A DNA stretch of 24,000 nucleotides from Mycobacterium phage prophi86-1. The stretch lies in the sequence record MW584160.1; one strand, 5' to 3'. Made by a program: the position numbers and the translations under genes. The notes under the pieces were generated by a model. The model did no database searches and was not told where the DNA came from. It saw nothing but the letters and a program-made list of their open reading frames with translations. Of the stretch, positions 8,192 through 15,668 are shown piece by piece. Every line of letters begins with the position of its first letter. The first letter of the stretch is position 1.

Positions 8192-8198
8192 GGGACAC

Positions 8199-8435
8199 AT
8201 GGAAACTTTGAAAACACCTGGGACGCGGCTCCCATTCCGCTACTCCAACGGACACCTCACTGTCGCACTGGAGGATGGGCGCTACCTCCTAATCGTCGCA
8301 GGCCCCGACACACTCGTAGCGCCTCCAAAGAGCGTTTGGGTGCAGACCGTAGAAGAGCGCGGCGAGATGGCTAACATGCTGTTCGAGGCCTTTCTCGCTG
8401 GTACGACCCTCGACTGCTTCGCGGCCCCCGAGTGA
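8199..8435 (+). CDS. Hypothetical protein (possibly leaderless start)
   Basis: METLKTPGTRLPFRYSNGHLTVALEDGRYLL..., ATG at 8199 in frame with ORF 8037-8435. Confidence 0.6.
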   Translation: METLKTPGTRLPFRYSNGHLTVALEDGRYLLIVAGPDTLVAPPKSVWVQTVEERGEMANMLFEAFLAGTTLDCFAAPE

Positions 8436-8665
8436 GCGCTACGGGCGAGTTCGAGCATCTCGGTCAGCTCGAAGCCATTGAGACAGACATGGGCGTGACC
8501 ATCCGGGTCACTGAGAACATCTTCATTCAGGTGCTTACCCATAAGAGCGGTGAGCCACATGCCTTTCTCGTGTCCGGTGAGCAATTGCATGTCATGACAG
8601 AAGAATTCATCGCCCATTGGGACAAGCTCACCACCGCGAAGCTCGAAGAACAGTTCCAGAACTGA
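8432..8665 (+). CDS. Hypothetical protein
   Basis: GTG start overlapping previous TGA. Confidence 0.55.
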   Translation: MSATGEFEHLGQLEAIETDMGVTIRVTENIFIQVLTHKSGEPHAFLVSGEQLHVMTEEFIAHWDKLTTAKLEEQFQN

Positions 8666-8678
8666 GATAGGCAGACAT

Positions 8679-9485
8679 ATGACGGATGCGAAGATCCTGG
8701 CAATCGATATCGAGCGTCAGTCGGCTCTGGTTGACGGGGTGTGGGAAGGCAAGCAGTACGGCAGTTGGATTGCCCCCGAACGCGTTATCGAGCCTCCTCG
8801 CACCATCTGCTTCGCCTACCGGTGGATTGACGACCCCAACCACAAGACCAAGTTCGTTGCCGAATGGGATGGGAACCTCCCGCAGGACAACCAGTCTCAC
8901 ACCCCGGGTGGTGGACATCAGAACATGGTGGAGCAGGCTTGGGACCTCCTGTCGGCAGCGGACTACGTCGTGGGGTACAACAGTAAGAACTTCGACGTCA
9001 AGCACCTCAATACCGCGTTCTGGTATTACGACCTAACGCCGCCAGCTCCTCATGTGGACATTGACCTCATGAAGGAAATCTCGCGAAACTTCAACCCATA
9101 CGCCAAGTCAATGCGCTATGTCGCAAAGGCAAAGGCGATGGAGGGCAAGGAGAACACTGAGAATGGCCTTTGGCGCACACTGCGCTTCGGCCAGGGCGAT
9201 GTGCTACGCCGTGCTCGTCGGTCAATGAAGAGCTACAACATGCGCGACGTCGATCAGACGGTGGAGCTCTACTACGACACCCGTCCGTGGCTGCGAGGCA
9301 TGAACCTCGGGTTGTGGACCGAGGACGGCGAGATGCATTGTCCAAATTGCAATTCCACGCACATCACCAAGCAGGGCACTCGAAAGAACGCCACTCGTGT
9401 TTACACGCGCTTCCAGTGCCAGGACTGCGGCAAGTGGCTGAAAGACACCCATTGCATTGCATCCACCAACGTGACAGGAATCTGA
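8679..9485 (+). CDS. DnaQ/RNase H-like 3'-5' exonuclease with C-terminal zinc ribbon
   Basis: KILAIDIERQ (motif I), YVVGYNSKNFDVKHLN (motif II), C-terminal CPNC...CQDCG. Confidence 0.75.
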   Translation: MTDAKILAIDIERQSALVDGVWEGKQYGSWIAPERVIEPPRTICFAYRWIDDPNHKTKFVAEWDGNLPQDNQSHTPGGGHQNMVEQAWDLLSAADYVVGYNSKNFDVKHLNTAFWYYDLTPPAPHVDIDLMKEISRNFNPYAKSMRYVAKAKAMEGKENTENGLWRTLRFGQGDVLRRARRSMKSYNMRDVDQTVELYYDTRPWLRGMNLGLWTEDGEMHCPNCNSTHITKQGTRKNATRVYTRFQCQDCGKWLKDTHCIASTNVTGI

Positions 9486-9487
9486 CT

Positions 9488-9700
9488 ATGAAGAACCAAA
9501 TCGAAAACACTTTCAATATCAACAGCAACGACACCGTTGACATTGGTTTCAACGGCATTCCCATCGATCAGGTAGGCGAGTTCTTCGCATGGCTGGGCAC
9601 CGCTGCGGGGCTCATAGCCCTCACAAACTCTTTCATCGCGGCCGTCAAGGCATCTGGCGTATTTCCAGATGAGGTAATCAAGGTCCTGGAGCAGATCTAG
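9488..9700 (+). CDS. Hypothetical small protein
   Basis: Internal ATG 9488 of ORF 9170-9700, first ATG after the exonuclease stop. Confidence 0.5.
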   Translation: MKNQIENTFNINSNDTVDIGFNGIPIDQVGEFFAWLGTAAGLIALTNSFIAAVKASGVFPDEVIKVLEQI

Positions 9701-9916
9701 GTGAGCCTGCGCCCCGATGACACAGTGCTTATCCGCCAGCTCGAAGAGGTTCTCATCAGCGAGCTTGACCGCCAGCATCTGGACGGCGAGATCGAAGAAA
9801 CCGCAACGGGCGAGGTCTATTTCGATGCCGTTGACGGCGAGCTGAGTGGACGCCCTGACTGGTACAAGGCCGTCACGAAGGTGATGGAGGCTTACTGGGC
9901 CGAGGAGGGACGCTGA
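9701..9916 (+). CDS. Hypothetical protein
   Basis: GTG start directly after previous stop; overlaps next ATG. Confidence 0.55.
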   Translation: MSLRPDDTVLIRQLEEVLISELDRQHLDGEIEETATGEVYFDAVDGELSGRPDWYKAVTKVMEAYWAEEGR

Positions 9917-10428
9917 TGGAGACACCTGAGCTGATCTGGAAGCCAATCCCTTTCCTGGACCAGCGGTATGAAGTGTCCAACACAGGTATCGTTCGATCGT
10001 TGCCGTTCACCCGGGAATTCACCCGCAAGGACGGCACGACATGGAAACGCAACTACAACGGCTACTACCTGTCGCGGCGAATTGGCCGGAACGCCAGTAA
10101 GAACCGACCAGCTGATGACCATCTATACGTGTCGATTCATCGTGGATCCGGGCGTACTGCGAGTTGGAGTCTGCTCTTACGGGTAGACACCCTAGTCGCT
10201 TCTGCATTCCATGGCGTGCCGTACAACCGAGCTGATCAACGTGAAGTGCAGAAGTGGCGCGTTCACCACATTGACGGTGATCCACAAAACTGCGACGCCG
10301 ACAACCTCGAGTGGCGTTCACGTCTCAGCACTCAGCCAGGCGATGTGGACAACCACTCGAAGAACCTTGCCGAGTTCCGGGCCTCCACCGACAACGTGAT
10401 GGAGCGCCTGTTCGGAAATGTTGCGTGA
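9916..10428 (+). CDS. NUMOD4/HNH homing-endonuclease-like protein
   Basis: WKPIPFLDQRYEVSNTGIVRSL (NUMOD4) and VHHIDGDPQNCDADNLEW (HNH). Confidence 0.85.
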   Translation: METPELIWKPIPFLDQRYEVSNTGIVRSLPFTREFTRKDGTTWKRNYNGYYLSRRIGRNASKNRPADDHLYVSIHRGSGRTASWSLLLRVDTLVASAFHGVPYNRADQREVQKWRVHHIDGDPQNCDADNLEWRSRLSTQPGDVDNHSKNLAEFRASTDNVMERLFGNVA

Positions 10429-10531
10429 AGCAGCTCATCTACCTCTACCACAGGCTATTTCACTTCAGACGTGGGTCTCAGCGCCCCGTGACCGTAGCCG
10501 AATTACTCACCACCAAATCTAGGAGCCGTCT

Positions 10532-11392
10532 ATGCCGCCCACAATGTGGATCACCCTGATCCTGCTCATCGTTGCCGGAATTGCCGTTATTGCAACTCCG
10601 ATCGCGCCCCGCGAAGAACGACACATCCCACTCCTCACCGCTGCCGGTGCCGGTGTATTCGCGCTGATCTTCGGTATCTTCGCTTCGATTACCACCGTTG
10701 GTACTCGACAGATTGGTATCGAGACCACGTTCGGGCGACCGAATGGTTCAACGCTGTCCAACGGCCTACACTTCAAGGCCCCGTGGGCGAACGTCACTGA
10801 GATGGACGGGGCGATCCAGATCGACCAGCACAAGGGTGATAACCGCATCAAGGTTCGTCTAGGTAACTCTTCCACTGCAGACGCGGATGTGTCAGTTCGT
10901 TGGCAGATTAAGCAGGAAGCCACGCCAGAGCTATTCGTCCAGTACAAGACATTCGACAACGTTCGAACCAACCTGGTCACCCGAAACCTGCAGGTTGCAT
11001 TGAACGAGGTGTTCGCAACGTTCGACCCCTTGGCCCCAAAGAATCTCGACCAGTCTCCACTGCCAGAGCTGTCGGAGCAGGCCCGCAAAATCCTTGCAAG
11101 CAAGGTGGGCACCCAAGTCGAAATCTTGGACGTAGCTGTCCCGACGATCGACTACGACGAGGGCACCGAACAGAAGATCAATCAAATCAACCAGTCCCGC
11201 GCTGCCACCTCGGTGGCCCTGCAGGACCAGAAGACTGCCGAGGCCCAGGCCCGCGCAAATGAGATTCTGTCGAGCTCCGTATCTCGCGACCCCAACGTGC
11301 TGGTCTCCAAGTGTCTGGACATCGCCAAGGACAAGGGCATTGCGCTCCTCTGCTGGCCGACACCGGTCATGCCGACAGTCCCCACCAAGTAG
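10532..11392 (+). CDS. SPFH/Band 7 domain membrane protein
   Basis: N-terminal TM segments, VGTRQIGIETTFGRPNGSTLSNGLHFKAPWANV, C-terminal helical QDQKTAEAQARANEILSSS. Confidence 0.85.
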   Translation: MPPTMWITLILLIVAGIAVIATPIAPREERHIPLLTAAGAGVFALIFGIFASITTVGTRQIGIETTFGRPNGSTLSNGLHFKAPWANVTEMDGAIQIDQHKGDNRIKVRLGNSSTADADVSVRWQIKQEATPELFVQYKTFDNVRTNLVTRNLQVALNEVFATFDPLAPKNLDQSPLPELSEQARKILASKVGTQVEILDVAVPTIDYDEGTEQKINQINQSRAATSVALQDQKTAEAQARANEILSSSVSRDPNVLVSKCLDIAKDKGIALLCWPTPVMPTVPTK

Positions 11393-11400
11393 GTGGGGAC

Positions 11401-11646
11401 GTGTCCGACGTTGATGTGATGGCTGCGATCATCGAGAAGCATGGGCGCACTAACTTCAAGAACGCGCAGGTCGTAAGTGGGTTGTATCGAATTAGCCCAT
11501 TGTCCGCAAAGGAAGCCGCAGAGGCTCTCGTGAAGGCCGGGTTTGGGGCAACCACCAAGAGTGCTGACAAGGCCCAGAGCGCAAGCCTGGATGAGCTTGA
11601 GCGCCGACTGGCACGCCTTGAAGGATGGGCTGGGTTGCCACAGTGA
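11401..11646 (+). CDS. Hypothetical protein (ribosomal L7/L12 C-terminal-like pattern, tentative)
   Basis: MAAIIEKHGRTNFKNAQVVSGLYRISPLSAKEAAEALVKAGFGA; GTG start in ORF 11311-11646. Confidence 0.5.
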   Translation: MSDVDVMAAIIEKHGRTNFKNAQVVSGLYRISPLSAKEAAEALVKAGFGATTKSADKAQSASLDELERRLARLEGWAGLPQ

Positions 11647-11858
11647 CCGGTGCTGAACTTTACGACCTGTGGCGTCCATGTGGCTCGAAGTACTGGTACG
11701 AACTGGAGCACGAAGAGCAGCTTCGCTGGGAAGATTTGGCACACAGACTGGGCGACTCAAGAAGCAATGCAGACTACCGCCGAGGCTATGACGCCGGTTA
11801 TGACGAGGGATACGACATGGGCTACAGCGATGCAGAGAGCGAAGCCAAGAGCTCGTGA
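11643..11858 (+). CDS. Hypothetical protein with Gly-Tyr-Asp repeats at C-terminus
   Basis: GTGA overlap; ...RRGYDAGYDEGYDMGYSDAE. Confidence 0.5.
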   Translation: MTGAELYDLWRPCGSKYWYELEHEEQLRWEDLAHRLGDSRSNADYRRGYDAGYDEGYDMGYSDAESEAKSS

Positions 11859-11879
11859 GATAATGGGTAGAGGAACCCA

Positions 11880-12197
11880 TTGCCGACTTCATCGAAGAAC
11901 GGCCCGCGCTCTCTCGGTCGTACTGGCGTCAAGTTCGATAAGGCGAAAGCCCGCGTACTACGTGCAAACCAGATCTGCGACGAATGCCACGAGTTCATTG
12001 ACCTGAGTCTCAAATGGCCCGACCCGATGAGCGCGACCGTAGACCACATCATCCCTGTGAAAGATCTCGCCTGGGATGACCCACTCTGCTACGACGTTTC
12101 GAATCTCGTTCCCTGCCACCTGGTTTGCAATCAGCGTCGAGGCGGGAAGGCGAAGAAGAAGATCAAACATCCCACGTCAAGGAACTGGCGGGAATAG
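11880..12197 (+). CDS. HNH endonuclease
   Basis: ICDECHEFIDL...ATVDHIIPVKDLAWDD...SNLVPCHLVCNQRRGGK; RBS-like AGAGGAA before TTG. Confidence 0.85.
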   Translation: MPTSSKNGPRSLGRTGVKFDKAKARVLRANQICDECHEFIDLSLKWPDPMSATVDHIIPVKDLAWDDPLCYDVSNLVPCHLVCNQRRGGKAKKKIKHPTSRNWRE

Positions 12198-12219
12198 CCA
12201 CAGCAAACGCGTGCTAGAA

Positions 12220-12231
12220 TATAGATGTAAG
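12220..12231 (+). promoter_or_regulatory. Candidate -10 element TATAGATGTAAG
   Basis: Near-identical to TATAATGTAAG at 4327; upstream of ORF 12276. Confidence 0.35.
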
Positions 12232-12275
12232 CACAGTGTCTGTGCATCAAAGACTTTCAGGCAAGGACTCACCAC

Positions 12276-12455
12276 ATGGCGAATCAGAACAACAAGCCCG
12301 TAGCGGGAACCCCACAGGCTGACCTGTTCCGCTCGCAGGTAGTCGAGGCCATCTATGGGTCGGCTGACCGCGACAAGTGGTCACAGGCGAAGGCTCACGG
12401 ATGGTGGAACGGCACCATTCCGGCTGATGACGGAACCTTCCCAACCAAGCAGTAA
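12276..12455 (+). CDS. Hypothetical 59-aa protein (below the ORF-track cutoff)
   Basis: MANQNNKPVAGTPQADLFRSQVVEAIYGSADRDKWSQAKAHGWWNGTIPADDGTFPTKQ*, followed by terminator. Confidence 0.6.
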   Translation: MANQNNKPVAGTPQADLFRSQVVEAIYGSADRDKWSQAKAHGWWNGTIPADDGTFPTKQ

Positions 12456-12475
12456 GCGTAGGCTTTCTCGACGTT

Positions 12476-12511
12476 GGGCCCCGGTTCCTCAGTGGATCGG
12501 GGCCCGTTTTT
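12476..12511 (+). terminator. Rho-independent terminator upstream of the tRNA island
   Basis: GGGCCCCG (12476-12483) / CGGGGCCC (12498-12505), then GTTTTT. Confidence 0.85.
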
Positions 12512-12521
12512 ATTCGCTAGA

Positions 12522-12534
12522 GGTTCATGTGGGT
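12522..12534 (-). repeat. ACCCACATGAACC box, reverse orientation
   Basis: GGTTCATGTGGGT on + strand, 11 nt after the 12476-12511 terminator and just before the tRNA island. Confidence 0.75.
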
Positions 12535-12585
12535 GGGCCGTAGACTTAGTTCACACCGGTTACCGGAGCCGGAAATCCCGGTGAT

Positions 12586-12656
12586 ATGGGCGTGGTCCAA
12601 AGGTAGGACAACGGATTCCAAACCCGTTAGTGGGAGTTCGATTCTCTCCGCCCGTG
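12586..12656 (+). tRNA. tRNA-Trp(CCA)
   Basis: Acceptor ATGGGCG/CGCCCGT, D-stem GTCC/GGAC, loop TTCCAAA, T-arm GGGAG TTCGATT CTCTC; A-C mismatch closing the anticodon loop. Confidence 0.9.
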
Positions 12657-12713
12657 CAATGCCTCTGTGTGGCATGACATTTGAAAACTCCATAGAGATA
12701 TAGATACTTCAAT

Positions 12714-13072
12714 GGGGCTGACAGGTATTCGATTGCGTGTCAACTTACTGAGAAGCGTGCCGGGAAGCAACGCCCGTAACAGTGCAACCACAATAACTGC
12801 AGCTTCTGCTCAGTCCGACTACGCCCTAGCTGCGTAGTCCGGTGGGGTACAACGGTTTACCCGTTCCGTGTACCAATCCACCGTCGTGAATACGGGGAAC
12901 CTGGGAGAAGGTCACAACTTCCCACCGTCCAGTCAACGTAGGGAGGTTGCCGAAGCTCGGTGGGGAACCCGAGACGGTCAGGCGTCCACTGCGACCGGAT
13001 AAACGGTGGACTACGCACGTAGAAGGCTGTGACAAGTCGCGTAACATCCCGGTTCAATTCCGGGCAGCTCCA
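12714..13072 (+). ncRNA. ssrA: tmRNA with encoded tag, predicted AASAQSDYALAA
   Basis: 5' GGGGCTGACAGGTATTCGATTGCG, 3' CATCCCGGTTCAATTCCGGGCAGCTCCA, acceptor GGGGCTG/CAGCTCC, internal frame GCAGCTTCTGCTCAGTCCGACTACGCCCTAGCTGCGTAG. Confidence 0.95.
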
Positions 13073-13075
13073 CTA

Positions 13076-13109
13076 GGCCTGAGTCCGGGTTCGAGTCCCG
13101 GTGTGATTG
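13076..13109 (+). pseudogene. Orphan tRNA 3' portion (anticodon-stem 3' strand + T-arm + acceptor 3' strand)
   Basis: GGCCTGAGTCCGGGTTCGAGTCCCGGTGTGATTG: perfect T-arm CCGGG TTCGAGT CCCGG, no 5' half upstream. Confidence 0.6.
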
Positions 13110-13164
13110 ACGGCATTTCAGGTGGTGCACGCCTGGACCCGCGCTGTTACCTGATCAGTAGCGC

Positions 13165-13201
13165 GTTCGCATGGTGTAATTGGCAGCACTGGGCCTCATA
13201 A
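13165..13201 (+). pseudogene. Orphan tRNA 5' portion with CAT anticodon
   Basis: GTTCGCATGGTGTAATTGGCAGCACTGGGCCTCATAA: D-arm and CTCATAA loop, no contiguous 3' half or T-loop downstream. Confidence 0.6.
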
Positions 13202-13398
13202 ACGACGCGTGGCCCCGGCTCGCGATCGACGTCACCGCGTCGCGGAAGCGTTTCGGTGGTGATCAGCCGATTCTACGGGGAATGTGGAGAGACATCTCCG
13301 CGACCCCTCGGGATGCCGAGGGTTATGGATGACGCGGTAATTCGACAATGGGTACCCCTGGATTGTCGTGCCGTACCTGGGCCGGTCATCCACCATCT

Positions 13399-13469
13399 GA
13401 ATGAGGTGTAAGCGGTTGCATGAGGCGTTTGGATCGCCGGGGTTGGGAGTTCGAGTCTCTCCATTCAGA
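13399..13469 (+). tRNA. tRNA-Pro(TGG)
   Basis: Acceptor CTGAATG/CATTCAG, loop TTTGGAT, T-arm GGGAG TTCGAGT CTCTC. Confidence 0.8.
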
Positions 13470-13679
13470 CGGAGGAGTTGTCGGTATATCTCCATGTGTA
13501 GGGAACCGTCCGCTACACCCACCTAGCGTCACCATGGTGGGAGACAGACCTAAGTGCCTGCCACAGAGCTAACCCGTGAGGTCGGGAGAATCTGGGCACG
13601 TGTGGCGTCGGAGCGGGAGACCGCGAAAATAGTGCCCGTCTCGGGCCGGGGAAAGACGTTAAACCGCCCCGGCACTTAT

Positions 13680-13752
13680 TGGCCTGTAGCTCAATTGGTA
13701 GAGCAGCGAGCTGTTAACTCGCGAGGTGTAGGTTCGACTCCTGCCAAGCCAG
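13680..13752 (+). tRNA. tRNA-Asn(GTT)
   Basis: TGGCCTG/CAAGCCA, GCTC/GAGC, GCGAG CTGTTAA CTCGC, GTAGG TTCGACT CCTGC; CCA follows at 13753. Confidence 0.95.
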
Positions 13753-13865
13753 CCATGGGCAAGAGTGGTTGTCCAGTGCGGATGAAGCACACCGGTACAA
13801 GCGACGTATCCGTTAAGAAGGCCCCTCAAGATCGCAACTTGAGCTCCCACCTGTCCACTACACAT

Positions 13866-13942
13866 CTCGTCGCGAATAGGCGATCAACGCAGACTGTAAA
13901 TCTGCTCCTTCGGGTGTGCAGGTTCGAATCCTGACGGCGGGA
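13866..13942 (+). tRNA. tRNA-Tyr(GTA)
   Basis: GCAGA CTGTAAA TCTGC, variable arm with TCC-TTCG-GGT hairpin, T-loop TTCGAAT, acceptor CTCGTCG/CGGCGGG. Confidence 0.9.
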
Positions 13943-13945
13943 CAA

Positions 13946-14017
13946 TGAGACTGGTGTGGAACGAACTGAAGGCTTGCGGCAAGCAGAAACGTTCCCCCGC
14001 CCGCAAGGCCAGTCTCA
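13946..14017 (+). ncRNA. tRNA-sized structured element of unknown identity
   Basis: TGAGACTGG (13946-13954)/CCAGTCTCA (14009-14017) 9 bp; GGAACG/CGTTCC 6 bp; internal hairpin GCTTG-CGG-CAAGC; no T-loop. Confidence 0.5.
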
Positions 14018-14021
14018 GCAT

Positions 14022-14094
14022 TGATGATTGGTGTAACCGGCAGCACACGTGGCTCTGAACCACGTAGGTCTTGGTTCGAATCCAGGGTCATCAG
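14022..14094 (+). tRNA. tRNA-Gln(CTG)
   Basis: TGATGAT/GTCATCA, CGTGG CTCTGAA CCACG, CTTGG TTCGAAT CCAGG. Confidence 0.93.
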
Positions 14095-14176
14095 CTTTTG
14101 AGTCAACCGGTAGGTACTTGCCATGAGTTGACTGTCCGCAGTGTGCGCCAGGCTGCGTCATGAATTCTGGGGCGAT

Positions 14177-14261
14177 GGAAGGTCCCGCTGAATGGTCGGC
14201 AACCGGCGTCGAATACCGGGGCAGGCAGTGCGTCCTGGGGGTTCGATTCCTCGACTTTCCG
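14177..14261 (+). tRNA. tRNA-Ser(CGA)
   Basis: GGAAGGT/ACTTTCC, anticodon loop GTCGAAT, long variable arm, T-loop TTCGATT; C-A mismatch closing the anticodon loop. Confidence 0.85.
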
Positions 14262-14340
14262 CTCCAAAGACTTCCACCTGCCTGAACGGTGGCTGAACAG
14301 GTGCACTGAAGATCGCGTCAGTGCTGAAATGGTGGACCAT

Positions 14341-14423
14341 GGAGAGCGCAACTAGTTAGGTGACTAGGCCCGGTTGCTAACCGGAGCGCTGTTCGCAGTA
14401 GGTTTCGAATACCTGCCTCTCCG
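14341..14423 (+). tRNA. tRNA-Ser(GCT)
   Basis: GGAGAG/CTCTCC, CCGG TTGCTAA CCGG, long variable arm, T-arm TAGGT TTCGAAT ACCTG. Confidence 0.9.
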
Positions 14424-14877
14424 CTCACCCACACGAACTCTGTTGTGGGAGATATAGTTAAGACATTCGGGGTATGGCCCATAAGCCACCGCAAGGTGGT
14501 GAAAGGTGGGGTGACAACCCACCACCCGCAAGGGCAATCCATGCAATCCAATCCTTGAGCAGTCAGAGATGGCTGCCAGGTTGCGAGTTACGCCCCGTCC
14601 AACGGCAAAGTGCTGAGGACACCATCACGTACGTGCGTGCGAAAAGGCTATTGAACGAGCGCCCTGTGGAACGGAAGGAACTGAGTCCGAGCCTCGCAAG
14701 CAAGGGCGTGTTCCATGATCGATCTCGCGTCGGGCGACGGCTCGCAATGCGGTTGAGAGAGAGTGTAATTAGCCCCGCCAGGCGAAAGCACGAGAGGCGT
14801 GAAGCATTCTGTGCCCCAAAAGGGTTCGGAACTTCATGGGGAAGCACGTCTCTAGTCAAATCATTCTCCGCTGTGAG

Positions 14878-14949
14878 AATGACGTAGACCAACGGTAGGT
14901 CACCAGTTATTGGAAACTGGATGTGCGGGTTCAAGTCCCGTCGTCAATT
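14878..14949 (+). tRNA. tRNA with 8-nt anticodon loop, likely Pro(TGG)-like
   Basis: AATGACG/CGTCAAT (one A-A mismatch), GACC/GGTC, CCAGT TATTGGAA ACTGG, GCGGG TTCAAGT CCCGT. Confidence 0.65.
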
Positions 14950-15243
14950 AAAAGCAAAAGTCCTTCCCCTGCCGAGGAGCAAAAGCGCCTTAATCCCAGA
15001 CCCTCGGGAATCTGGGCCGCACAATAGTCCCGCAAGGTGAGTGCGGTTTGTAGGCAAGTACTGCAGCAGTGAGACGGCCATCTCATCGCGAAGGGAAAGC
15101 CGCAGAGTAGCTTTCGGCATAACGAGTGGTTCACGGTAACGGACCAGGCGTGAGAACTAGGTCAGGGATGGCCTGGAGAAGTAGCGAATCCATAATGCTG
15201 CGAAAGGTTCTCGATAGCGGGTGTACTCTCAGCCTCTAACAAT

Positions 15244-15317
15244 CGACTCTTAGCTCAGTTAGGTAAGAGCGACCGGTTGAAGCCCGGTGCGCCCCCGTTC
15301 GATTCGGGGAGAGTCGG
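15244..15317 (+). tRNA. tRNA-Phe(GAA)
   Basis: CGACTCT/AGAGTCG, ACCGG TTGAAGC CCGGT, CCCCG TTCGATT CGGGG. Confidence 0.95.
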
Positions 15318-15318
15318 C

Positions 15319-15603
15319 GTGACAGTCTACGTTGATGACATGCGAATGTCCGCGCGGGTCGGCCGGATTCAGGCTCGGTGGTCGCATCTCCAAGCCGATA
15401 CGGACGATGAGCTGCACGAATTCGCTGAAAGGCTAGGGCTCAAGCGGTCGTGGTTCCAGAAGCCAGGCACGGCAATAGCACATTATGACGTGACTGATAG
15501 TAAGCGCGCAGAGGCTATACGATTGGGCGCCAGAGAAATCGGCTATATGAGCCGGGAGTCTATGGACCTCATTAGGCGCCGCCGCGCAAACATGTCGGGG
15601 TAG
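15319..15603 (+). CDS. DUF4031 domain protein
   Basis: VTVYVDDMRMSARVGRIQARWSHLQADTDDELHEFAERLGLKRSWFQ...HYDVTDSKRAEAIRLGA is the DUF4031 signature; GTG 2 nt after tRNA-Phe. Confidence 0.9.
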   Translation: MTVYVDDMRMSARVGRIQARWSHLQADTDDELHEFAERLGLKRSWFQKPGTAIAHYDVTDSKRAEAIRLGAREIGYMSRESMDLIRRRRANMSG

Positions 15604-15668
15604 AGAAGTTCGGTCATCTCGCTGTCCTCATAAGTCAGAGAACGCCGGTTCGAATCCGGCCCCCGCCA
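15594..15668 (+). tRNA. tRNA-Met(CAT), initiator-like body
   Basis: GTCGGGG/CCCCGCC, GAGA/TCTC, CTGTC CTCATAA GTCAG, GCCGG TTCGAAT CCGGC; overlaps end of DUF4031 gene. Confidence 0.85.

Noticed and set aside
12209-12240. CRISPR array or classic transposon in the window
   Set aside because: No regularly spaced direct repeats, no transposase or integrase motifs, no terminal inverted repeats seen; HNH/NUMOD4 genes are the only mobile-type elements.
13165-13398. Group I intron interrupting tRNA-Met(CAT)
   Set aside because: No recognisable group I core and no matching 3' exon (anticodon 3' strand plus T-arm plus acceptor) downstream before tRNA-Pro.
14424-14877. Calling this region RNase P RNA
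   Set aside because: Only one segment resembles it; the universal 5' and 3' conserved blocks were not found, so kept as a finding rather than a feature.
13554-14934. ORFs 13554-13934, 14474-14887 and minus-strand ORFs inside the first half of the tRNA island
   Set aside because: They run through tRNA genes or hairpin-rich spacers and show no protein family signal; treated as non-coding.
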